A stretch of DNA of 56,306 bases, taken from the NCBI GenBank assembly GCA_040752415.1, contig JBFMGU010000032.1, positions 1-56,306 on the forward strand. The letters are read 5' to 3'. Below the pieces are notes generated by a model. The model worked only from the letters and a program-made list of their open reading frames with translations, made no database searches and had not been told where the DNA came from. Made by a program: the position numbers and the translations under genes. Below are positions 35,663-44,038 of this stretch, in pieces. The DNA comes from Myxococcota bacterium. Its GTDB lineage: Bacteria > Myxococcota > JACRCW01. Numbering within the stretch: the stretch's first letter is position 1; the number at the start of each line of letters is the position of its first letter.

Positions 35663-36637
35663 ATGACGTGGAGCGTGAAGCGGCTGGTGTCGTCGACGGT
35701 GGCGGGGTTCATCCTGGCGTGCATCCCGGTGCAGAAGCCACAGGCCTCCAGCATGGAGCTGGTGGCGGACTTTGGCGCCAATCCCGGCGACCTGCTCATG
35801 TACCGCCACGTTCCCGCCGAAGCGTCGTCACCCATGCCGCTGGTGCTGGTGCTCCACGGTTGCAGTCAGACGGGGCCGGCGTACGCGGAAGCCACGGGAT
35901 GGGTCGAGCTGGCCAACCGCCACAAGTTCGCGCTCGTGGTGGCGGAGCAGAAGACCACCAACAACCAGAGCCGCTGTTTCAACTGGTTCGAGGACGCGGA
36001 CATCACGCGTGACCAGGGTGAGGCGCTCTCGCTGCGCAACATGGTGGCGCACATGAAGACCACCGCCGGCATCGACGACGGGCGCGTCTTCGTGACCGGG
36101 TTGTCGGCGGGCGGTGCCATGACCGCGGTGATGCTGGCCCTCTACCCCGACGTGTTCGCGGCCGGCGCGGTGATTGCCGGCGTGCCCTACCGCTGCGGCG
36201 TGGGCTTGAGCCAGGCCTTCTCATGCATGAACGGCGGAGGCGGCACGCGCACCGCGGAGGACTGGGGCACGCTGGTGCGCAACGCCACGAGCCACACCGG
36301 TCCCTGGCCGCGCGTCTCCATCTGGCACGGGAGCTCCGACACCACGGTGCGCCCCGTGAACGCCGACCACCTGGCCCAACAATGGACCAACCTGCACGGT
36401 GAGCCCGAGACTCCCGACGACGAGCAGACCGATGGCAACGAGACCACCGCGAGCTGGACGCGGGCGGATGGGCAGACCGTCGTCGAGAAACACGTCATCA
36501 ACGGGATGGGGCACGGTACGCCCGTGGACCCGGGCACGGGTGAGTCCCAGTGCGGCACCGCCACCGCCTACGTGCTGGACGTGGACATCTGCTCGTCGTT
36601 GGAGATTGCGCGCTTCTTCGGTCTCGTCGGAGGTTGA
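35663..36637 (+). CDS. PHB depolymerase-family esterase, lipoprotein, catalytic domain only
   Basis: Lipobox FILAC; FGANPGDL, LHGCSQ, CFNWF, GLSAGG, WHGSSDTTV, MGHGTP; long identical stretches with the divergent paralogue. Confidence 0.88.
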   Translation: MTWSVKRLVSSTVAGFILACIPVQKPQASSMELVADFGANPGDLLMYRHVPAEASSPMPLVLVLHGCSQTGPAYAEATGWVELANRHKFALVVAEQKTTNNQSRCFNWFEDADITRDQGEALSLRNMVAHMKTTAGIDDGRVFVTGLSAGGAMTAVMLALYPDVFAAGAVIAGVPYRCGVGLSQAFSCMNGGGGTRTAEDWGTLVRNATSHTGPWPRVSIWHGSSDTTVRPVNADHLAQQWTNLHGEPETPDDEQTDGNETTASWTRADGQTVVEKHVINGMGHGTPVDPGTGESQCGTATAYVLDVDICSSLEIARFFGLVGG

Positions 36638-36648
36638 CGCGTCCGGGG

Positions 36649-36966
36649 TCAATCCGTCTCGATGTCCACGTCGACGCCGGGCACGCCCTTGTCCCTCTCG
36701 CCCTTGGTTTCCAGTTCAGGTTCGTCGATGTCGATATCGACACCCGGCACGCCCTTGTCTTCCTCATCCTCCACGTCCACGTCCACGCCGGGCACGCCCT
36801 TGTCCTTCTCGTCCTCCACGTCCACGTCCACGCCGGGCACGCCCTTGTCCTTCTCGCCCTTCCTCTCATGCACGTGGGGGCTGCCGGTCTCATGGGCCAG
36901 CGCCGCGCCGCCCGTCGTCAGCGTTCCCGCCAACACCAGGCTCAGGATCGTCCGCTTGCGTTGCAT
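36649..36966 (-). CDS. Small secreted acidic repeat protein, 4x DKGVPGVD(V/I)D(V/I)(E/D)
   Basis: GGAGG upstream; signal peptide ending ALA; 105 aa; first three repeats have a 45-nt period. Confidence 0.75.
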   Translation of the reverse strand: MQRKRTILSLVLAGTLTTGGAALAHETGSPHVHERKGEKDKGVPGVDVDVEDEKDKGVPGVDVDVEDEEDKGVPGVDIDIDEPELETKGERDKGVPGVDVDIETD

Positions 36967-37097
36967 CACGTCCTCCAGGTTGGGCTTCCGACGGTGATGT
37001 ACCGAGGTGGCGTGACCCTCCCAAGCACGTCGACGGTGCCTGGCTCGCACACGACCTGGGACGGCTGCGGTGAAACGGAGCGGGTGCAGGAGCCGCA

Positions 37098-38060
37098 TCA
37101 GGGCGCGGGGGCCTCACGTTCCGAGGCTGTCCCGGGGCCGGCCAGGATGTTCCGCGCGTCCTCGAGGAACCGCGCCTCGTCGGTCAGGCCGTGGGTCCGG
37201 GTGAATTCAAGGAGCCGGTCGTAGCGCGCCACGGGGTCGCAGCGGGTGTTCCAGCACAGCTTCTGGAGGTCGATGGGACACAGGTCCAGCGGGCGCGCGT
37301 CGGCCTCCTGGCGGTGGTTGCTGCCGTTGAGGACGCACTCGTAGGCCACGCAGTGCGCCATGGAGAACATATGGGAGAGCTCGTGCACGGCCGTCTTGAG
37401 CGTCCGCAGCAGGAAGAGACGGAACTCCCCGGCTGAGCCGTCGGCGTTTCCGTTGCGATAGATGGACCACACTCCCACACGGTCCCGCAGCGAAGCCTGC
37501 CCGAACACGAAATTCCACGAAGGGTCCGGGTACAGGTCTGACGACGACAACGCAAGGAACGCCACCGAGTCCGCGGGCCGCCGGGGAACAAGCAGCTCCT
37601 CGAGCACGAAGGTGGTGAGCACCTGCTCCATGCCCCAGCTGGGATGCACCCGACGGGCGCGCGCCGGGATCTCGGAGGCGGGAATGGAAGCGTGAAGTCG
37701 GACGGGCAGCCCGAAGAAGCGCTCCACGTAGTCCGCGGAAAGCTCCACCACCCGACGCTGTGCCGGCGTGAAATCTCCGATGGGCACGATGTCGATGGCC
37801 TTGTGGCCGGCCACGCGTACCGGGCGGCCGCGCACGTACTCGGCGAAGGACTGTCCGCGTTCGTGGTGTTGGTCGAGCCAGTCGCCGGGGCGGGGGCTGC
37901 GCTTGGGCGCGAACAGGGGCTTGAGTGCCTCGAAGCGCGGCTCCAACTTCTCGCGTCGCAGCTCGGCACCGCGGGATGACAGTCCTTCGGTCATGGCGAG
38001 TGCTCCCAACGCGGACGCCAGCGCCAACCACGTTGCGGCCAGGCCGCACCACCGACGCAT
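37098..38060 (-). CDS. Archaemetzincin (peptidase M54)-family zinc metalloprotease, secreted
   Basis: PGDWL..H.E.GQSF, DLYP..SWNFVFGQAS, HELSHMFSMAHC...CVLNGSN, LCPIDLQKL; signal peptide. Confidence 0.85.
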   Translation of the reverse strand: MRRWCGLAATWLALASALGALAMTEGLSSRGAELRREKLEPRFEALKPLFAPKRSPRPGDWLDQHHERGQSFAEYVRGRPVRVAGHKAIDIVPIGDFTPAQRRVVELSADYVERFFGLPVRLHASIPASEIPARARRVHPSWGMEQVLTTFVLEELLVPRRPADSVAFLALSSSDLYPDPSWNFVFGQASLRDRVGVWSIYRNGNADGSAGEFRLFLLRTLKTAVHELSHMFSMAHCVAYECVLNGSNHRQEADARPLDLCPIDLQKLCWNTRCDPVARYDRLLEFTRTHGLTDEARFLEDARNILAGPGTASEREAPAP

Positions 38061-38218
38061 GCCCGCACCTCGTCGGGATGTGTAGCGACTGCCCGCGCCG
38101 TGCTCAGGGAACGGTGGAAACTGCCTGGCCTCCGGTCGCGCCCGCCTGGCGTGGTCCACGTGCGCCGGTGCCACGCTCCGCTGTTCTTTCCGACGACGAG
38201 GCGTGGTGCGTTAGTGAC

Positions 38219-38462
38219 GTCACGAAGTGGGTGAGCGGGGTGAGCGGCGCCCTGGAGTGCGGTGCGACCGCGTGCAGTCGCGCCACGACGTGAAGCACCG
38301 CCCTGGTTTGGTCCAACCCGGTCGATGCTGCGAGCCCGGGGAGGCCAGCCGCGCCTCACAGTCAGTGGACCGATCCAGGGCGGTGCTGCACGTCGCCGCC
38401 CGGCTGCACGCGGTTGCACCGCACTCCAGGGCGCCGTGAACCTCGCGCACCCACTTCGTGAC
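38219..38462. repeat. Inverted-repeat element (~97-bp imperfect arms)
   Basis: 38219-38315 pairs with 38366-38462; core ggcgccctggagtgcggtgc / gcaccgcactccagggcgcc. Confidence 0.88.
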
Positions 38463-38702
38463 CCTCCTCGTCATTCTTCCGTCAGACAACAACACGACCT
38501 CCCCGGGGCCCCGCCGGGCCACCCCGGCGACGCCTCCAAGTGGCAGCGCGAGGGTGTGCTGGACTCTCACAACCCGTTCCCGTCACCGCCGCCCTGCTCC
38601 CGGCCCTGCCTCCGCATCCGCCACCCGCCGACTTGGCACGCGCGCCGACGGTGGCGACAGGAGTTCGACGCTCGCGCGTCGGCACAGGTAGATTCCGCGG
38701 TC

Positions 38703-39845
38703 ATGTCGGGGAGTGGACACCTCTATCTGCCTTCGGCCGAACCGCAAGCGTTGCGCGACGCGCTGGCCTCGCTGCGGGTGGGCCCCGATGAGATGCTGGG
38801 CGTGCTCGTCGGCGAGCAGGGCGCGCCCGACCTCGAGGAGATCGTCGCCACGCTGGCAAGCACGCCGCTGTCGTTCTTTGGCGGGCTGTTCCCTTCGCTG
38901 ATCGACGGTCAAGAGCGCCATGACAGCGGCATCCTGCTGTTCACGCTCCCCAAGGTCACCGAGCCCATGTTGGTGCGCGGCCTGGATACCGGCCGGTTCC
39001 AGATCCCGGACCTGCTGCCCTGCGTGCAGGGGCCGGCGCGCGCCAAACCCACCGCGCTGGTGCTCGTCGACGGGCTGGCGCCCAACATCCCGCTCTTCCT
39101 CGAGGCCATCTACCACCAGCTCGGCAACCGGGTGAGCTACTGGGGCGGCGGCGCTGGGTCGCTCACGCTCAAGGCGCGGCCCTGCGTGTTCACGCGGGAG
39201 GGCGTGCACCAGGGCGCCGCGGTGGTGGCGCTGTCCCCCTGGCCCGCGCGGCTCGGGGTCCGCCACGGCTGGCGCGAGCTCAAGGGGCCCTTCGTCGCCA
39301 CGCGGTCCAACCGCAACGTGATCGTGCAGCTCAACTGGCGCAACGCCTTCGAGCTGTACCAGGCCGCGGTGGAGGCCGACGCCGGGGTCCGCATCACGCC
39401 CGACAACTTCTTCCGCGTGGCCAGCGGCTATCCCTTTGGCATCCGCAAGGAGGGGCAGGAGGTGGTGGTGCGCGACCCCGTGGCAGTGGGGGAAGGCGGC
39501 ACGCTGATCTGCGTGGGCGACGTCCCGGAGAACGCCGTACTCTCCATCCTCAAGGGTGAGCCGGAGCGCCTGGTGGGCGCGGCGGGACAGGCGGCGCGAG
39601 AGGCGGCCTCCCCCTTGCCGCTGAAGGTCAGGCACTGCCTGCTGGCGGACTGCGTCTCGCGCGTGCTGTTCCTGGAGGACCGCTTCCCCGAGGAGCTCGT
39701 CGCCATCGACCAGGAGCTGCGCGGGATGGCCAACGGCAACAAGCCCCTTGGCATGCTCACGCTCGGGGAGATCTCCTCGCAGGGCGAGGGCTACCTCGAG
39801 TTCTTCAACAAGACCTCCGTTGTGGCAGTCATGCATGAGCCTTGA
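38703..39845 (+). CDS. FIST-domain (NosP-like) sensor protein
   Basis: FFGGLFP, LVLVDGL, YWGGGAG, GVRHGW, YPFGI, VVRDP, DCVSR, GMLTLGEI...EFFNKTSVV. Confidence 0.85.
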   Translation: MSGSGHLYLPSAEPQALRDALASLRVGPDEMLGVLVGEQGAPDLEEIVATLASTPLSFFGGLFPSLIDGQERHDSGILLFTLPKVTEPMLVRGLDTGRFQIPDLLPCVQGPARAKPTALVLVDGLAPNIPLFLEAIYHQLGNRVSYWGGGAGSLTLKARPCVFTREGVHQGAAVVALSPWPARLGVRHGWRELKGPFVATRSNRNVIVQLNWRNAFELYQAAVEADAGVRITPDNFFRVASGYPFGIRKEGQEVVVRDPVAVGEGGTLICVGDVPENAVLSILKGEPERLVGAAGQAAREAASPLPLKVRHCLLADCVSRVLFLEDRFPEELVAIDQELRGMANGNKPLGMLTLGEISSQGEGYLEFFNKTSVVAVMHEP

Positions 39846-41562
39846 CGACGAGTTCCAGCAGACCTTCGCGGACATCTGCGTCCTGTTCGAGCTGGCCCTC
39901 TCGGTAGGCCAGTCGCTGGAGCTGGCCGCCAACTGCGAGCGCTTCCTGGCGACGCTGATGGCGCGCAAGAACCTGGGGTACGCGTCGGTGTGGCTGCGCG
40001 CGGACGTGCTACCGCGCCAACCCGCCGACGGCGCCGGCGCGCTGGTGTTGATCTACGGCGTCCCCCACGTGCACATCCGCGAGCGCACGCTGCCCGCGGC
40101 CCATCCCGGCTTCGCCGGCGCGGCGCAGGGTCCCTTCTCGGTGGCGACGGGGGATCCCGGCTTTGTCGCCTGCGTGACCGAACAGGGGATTGAGCGCGGC
40201 GCGTATGCGGTGTTCCCGCTGGGGCGCCTGGGCTTCCTCAAGCTGCACTCCGCGGTGCGCGGCACGCGCTTCTCCGACGCGGAGCTGAGCCAGCTGGACA
40301 CCGTGGTGCGCAAGTTCGCCACGTCGCTGGAGGGCTGCATTGCGCATGAGCAGGCCATCCTGGAGGTGGCCGAGCGCGAGCGGGCCGAGCGCGAGCGCGA
40401 AGCCATGCGCGAGCAGCTGCAGCAGGCGCAGAAGATGGAAGCCATCGGTCGCCTGGCGGGCGGGGTGGCGCACGACTTCAACAACCTGCTCACCACCATC
40501 CGCGGGCACTCGGAGCTGCTGCGCGAGCAACTCACCGAGCCCTCCTCCCGCGGCGAGCTCGACGCCATCCTCACCGCGTCGGGCCGCGCCGCCGAGCTGA
40601 TTGGCCAGCTGCTGGCCTTCTCCCGTCGCGGGAGCCTGCGCGCCGAGACGGTGAGCCCAGACCAGCTCATCGAGGAGATCGTGGGGTTGCTGCGGCACAC
40701 CGTCGACCGGCGCATCGAGATGGTGTGTCGGCTCGGGCTGGAGGGTGCGGCGGTCACGGGGGACCCCTCGTGGCTGCAGAGCGCGTTGCTCAACCTCGCC
40801 GTCAACGCGTGCGACGCCATGCCGGAGGGCGGACGCCTGGAGTTCTCCACGCGCGTGGTGGACCTGGATTCCGCCTTCACCGGGCGCCAGGCCATGCCGC
40901 TGACACCGGGGCCGCACGTGGAGATCTGCGTGGCGGACACCGGCGTAGGCATGGCCCCCGAGGTCTCCCAGCGCGTCTTCGAGCCGTTCTTCACGACCAA
41001 GGAGGTGGGGCGTGGCACCGGCCTGGGGCTGGCTGCCGTCTACGGGACGGTGAAGAGCCATGGCGGGAGCATCGAGGTGCGGAGCGCGCCAGGGCGCGGC
41101 TCCAGCTTCACCATCCACCTTCCGCTGGCTGCGCGCCACGTCGCCACGCCGCCCGCGCCCAAGGAGCCCGCGTGGATTGTGGGGCGCGGCACGGTGCTGG
41201 TGATCGACGACCAGCCCGAGGTGCGCCACGTGACCCAGACCATCCTGCAGCGCCTGGGCTACGCGGTGCTCTGCGCCGAGGACGGCGCGGCGGGGATTGC
41301 GCTGTTCACCCGTCGGCGCGAGGAGATCCGGCTCGTGCTCCTGGACGTGCGGATGCCGCGGATGGACGGCGCCGAGACGCTGCGTCGTCTGCGCGAGGTT
41401 GCTCCCCGACTGCCCATCATCATCGTGTCGGGCTTCCGGGAGGAGGAGGACCTCGAGGCCATGCACGCCATCGGGGTGCAGGGTGTCGTCGAGAAGCCCT
41501 TCACGGTGGGAGCGCTTTCCGAGGCCGTGGCCCGCGCCCTGGCGTCCCCGGTGGAGACCTGA
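39835..41562 (+). CDS. Hybrid histidine kinase-response regulator (GAF-like N-terminus)
   Basis: QAQKMEAIGRLAGGVAHDFNNLL, NLAVNACDAM, DTGVGM, FEPFFTTK..G.GTGLGL; REC domain VIDD, LLDVRMP, EKPF; overlaps the FIST gene by 11 bp. Confidence 0.93.
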   Translation: MSLDDEFQQTFADICVLFELALSVGQSLELAANCERFLATLMARKNLGYASVWLRADVLPRQPADGAGALVLIYGVPHVHIRERTLPAAHPGFAGAAQGPFSVATGDPGFVACVTEQGIERGAYAVFPLGRLGFLKLHSAVRGTRFSDAELSQLDTVVRKFATSLEGCIAHEQAILEVAERERAEREREAMREQLQQAQKMEAIGRLAGGVAHDFNNLLTTIRGHSELLREQLTEPSSRGELDAILTASGRAAELIGQLLAFSRRGSLRAETVSPDQLIEEIVGLLRHTVDRRIEMVCRLGLEGAAVTGDPSWLQSALLNLAVNACDAMPEGGRLEFSTRVVDLDSAFTGRQAMPLTPGPHVEICVADTGVGMAPEVSQRVFEPFFTTKEVGRGTGLGLAAVYGTVKSHGGSIEVRSAPGRGSSFTIHLPLAARHVATPPAPKEPAWIVGRGTVLVIDDQPEVRHVTQTILQRLGYAVLCAEDGAAGIALFTRRREEIRLVLLDVRMPRMDGAETLRRLREVAPRLPIIIVSGFREEEDLEAMHAIGVQGVVEKPFTVGALSEAVARALASPVET

Positions 41563-41891
41563 GGGGCTGCGCCGGAACAATCTGCCCAGGTCGGCGAAGC
41601 TGGCGAACACCCACCCCCCCACGTTCGCGCCACTGCGTCCACTCCCCCCTTCCCCAGACCCGATTTTCCGTCGTCACCGAGCCAGGGAAGGGGGGGCAAT
41701 CGATGCGCGCAGCTTCCATCTTCCGGACGAGAAAAAGTCCCAATGCCAATGCGTGCCCCCCTTCCCCGCAATGGTTGACGACGGTGAGCGGGTGTGGGGA
41801 AGGGGGGCGAGCGAGCGCAACGGCATGAACGTGGGGGGTTAGGTGTTCGCCGGCCACGACGGAATGGGTAAATTGTTTAGACGCAGCCCCT
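41562..41891. repeat. 330-bp MITE/REPIN-like element with ~95-bp imperfect terminal inverted repeats
   Basis: aggggctgcg...aacaat...ggcgaacac...cccccacgttc at the left end is mirrored at 41795-41891; two internal C6TTC4 / G-AA-G6 hairpins. Confidence 0.85.
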
Positions 41892-42116
41892 TACCAGCGG
41901 CTCCCGTTGGAGTTGGCCGTGGCGGAGGGTGAACCTGGCACCTGCGAAGCGCTGGTTCTTGGCTATCGCTTCCCCGGTCAATCTGAATGGGAACCGCCTT
42001 GGTCCTAGTTGTTCGCCCGCCCCGCCGACCTGGACAGACTGTTCTGACACTGCCCCCGCCCCCCTGCGGTTCCGCGAGGCGGGCGCGTCCTGAGCAGCCC
42101 CGTGCAACTCCCGACG

Positions 42117-43025
42117 TCACGGAGCCGCTTCACCCGGTGCAACCGCCGAGGGCGGCGTCCACGGCAACCACTCCCCCTCGTCCTCTGCAACGGCTTCCGG
42201 GGGCGCTTCTGTCGACGGAGGCGGCGCGACAGCAGTCGGCGGCGCGACGGCCATGGCCGGAGCAACAGGAGCCGGCGAGGCAGGTGCCTGCACCGCCGCA
42301 GTTGGTTGCGCACTGGCGGGCACGGCCTCACCACACGGATTCGCCATGTGGATCACGTTCTCACCGGGGCCCAGCGTGAGCCGGTGACGACACTGCGCCT
42401 GCGCGCTCTTGAACTCGACGACGTGCTCCGCGCCCAGCGTTTCCAGCAGGTACACCCCGGGCCGGTGGTCGCGCGAGGGCAGCGGCTGACCATCCAGGCT
42501 CACGACGTACGCCGCGTTGGTGTGCAGCTCCAGCTTGTGCAACCGCGGTTGCTCCACCTTCAGCGGGGCGATCTTCGGGGCGCCCGTTTCCTCGAAGGTG
42601 GCGCGGAACAGCTCCGTGGTGGCCACCGAGAGCGCGTGCTGCTTGAGCGGCTTCTTCCCCAGTTTCCCGACGACACGCTGGCACTCCAGCGAGACGCTGA
42701 CCTCTCCCTGCTTCTTGCGCTTGGGCCCGTGGAACACCACCAGGTAACGCGGCTTCCAGCACGAGGACGTCTTGCCAGGCTTGAACGCACGCTTCTGCTT
42801 CAGCGTTCCCTCCAGCAACCGCGCCGTGCGCGCCTCCAGCGTGGCCACCTTCCGCGCGCTGGGGCACAGCTTGCCCTTCTTGTTGCTGCCCGCCTCGCAC
42901 CAGCCCGCTTCCCCCTCGGGCAGCTCCGTCAGCACACCGTCCTTCTCCTGCACGTTGAACACGTAGAGGTCCGCGGACGCGACCTTTCCGGCCAGCGCGC
43001 CCACGAGGAAGAGCACAGACATCAT
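42117..43025 (-). CDS. Secreted hypothetical protein (Lys-rich N-domain, Pro/Ala-rich tail)
   Basis: Short hydrophobic N-terminus, several Cys, GC3-rich codons. Confidence 0.6.
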   Translation of the reverse strand: MMSVLFLVGALAGKVASADLYVFNVQEKDGVLTELPEGEAGWCEAGSNKKGKLCPSARKVATLEARTARLLEGTLKQKRAFKPGKTSSCWKPRYLVVFHGPKRKKQGEVSVSLECQRVVGKLGKKPLKQHALSVATTELFRATFEETGAPKIAPLKVEQPRLHKLELHTNAAYVVSLDGQPLPSRDHRPGVYLLETLGAEHVVEFKSAQAQCRHRLTLGPGENVIHMANPCGEAVPASAQPTAAVQAPASPAPVAPAMAVAPPTAVAPPPSTEAPPEAVAEDEGEWLPWTPPSAVAPGEAAP

Positions 43026-43069
43026 GGGAAGACCCTCATCTCAGACCGCTGGAAACGGGACCGGCCGGC

Positions 43070-44020
43070 TCAGTGGTGATCCTCATCGTCGTCGTCGTCG
43101 TGGTCGCCGGCGGGAAGCGGCTGCGTGTAGCGCTGGCCACCCACCTCCAGCGTGAAGCTGCGCGCGCCCTCCGGGACCTTGAACTCCAGCACGGCGGGCA
43201 GGCGCGCCTCGTAGATCTTCACCACGTTGCCCTTGTCGTCGTAGATGGTGCCGCCGGCAGCCACGGTCATCGTCTCGTCGACCAGCACCGCCACCAGCTC
43301 CGCCACCTGGTTGATCTCCTCGGCAATGCGGTGGCACCACATGTGACCCACGCCGCGGTACTTCTCGTGGCAGATGTCCTCCATCTGTTCCTCGTCGACA
43401 CCGCTGCCCACGCCCACCAGGATGAAGTTGATGCGCGGCAGGCGGCCCGCGGCCATCTCGTGCGCCAGCTCCTTGGAGTAGCGCTTGACCTCGTCGGCGT
43501 CGTGGATCTGGCCGTCGGTGACAATCACCGCGCAACCACGCTTGGCGCCCCTGGACACCTGCTCTTTCAGGTAGCGCACGTAGTCACGCATGGCGGGCGC
43601 CAGGAAGGTGCGGTTCCCCATGCGACGCGGCCCGGGGAACTTGTGCCCGTGCACGTCCACGCCCTTCAGCTCGCCAATCACCTCGACGTCGCGCCCGTCG
43701 CCACAGGCCCAGTAGGCCACGCGCAGGATGCCGTTGCGGTCCTTGGTGGCCAGGTACTCCAGCATCCACTGGACCTGCGGCTCCACCTCGTTGGGAAGGA
43801 TCTCGGTCTTCTGCGGCTTGCCGAACAGCCACGCCAGGAAGCCGCCCGTGGTCTTCGTCTTGTACTTGTACTCCTCGCTCATGCTGCCCGAGCCGTCCAT
43901 GTAGATGGCCATGTCCAGGCCCTCCACGGTGGGGTCGTGCAGCAGCGTCGCCTTCACCTCGCCGTGCTCGATGTGGATGTCGGAAAACGGCTCAACCGGT
44001 CTCTCGTGATCGTGGGACAT
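43070..44020 (-). CDS. vWA (MIDAS) domain protein with short His/Asp tail, paralogue 2
   Basis: IYMDGSGSM ... T ... IVTDG; shares long blocks with 15193-16182 (ATLLHDPTVEGLD, QWMLEYLATKDR, AELVAVLVDETMTVAAGGTIYDDKG); ends DHDDDDDEDHH. Confidence 0.82.
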   Translation of the reverse strand: MSHDHERPVEPFSDIHIEHGEVKATLLHDPTVEGLDMAIYMDGSGSMSEEYKYKTKTTGGFLAWLFGKPQKTEILPNEVEPQVQWMLEYLATKDRNGILRVAYWACGDGRDVEVIGELKGVDVHGHKFPGPRRMGNRTFLAPAMRDYVRYLKEQVSRGAKRGCAVIVTDGQIHDADEVKRYSKELAHEMAAGRLPRINFILVGVGSGVDEEQMEDICHEKYRGVGHMWCHRIAEEINQVAELVAVLVDETMTVAAGGTIYDDKGNVVKIYEARLPAVLEFKVPEGARSFTLEVGGQRYTQPLPAGDHDDDDDEDHH

Positions 44021-44038
44021 GTGTGCTCCGTGGGTGGG

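Noticed and set aside
36655..36860. Regularly spaced direct repeats resembling a CRISPR array
   Set aside because: The 45-nt period is a multiple of three, there are no unique spacers and no cas genes; an in-frame protein repeat explains it.
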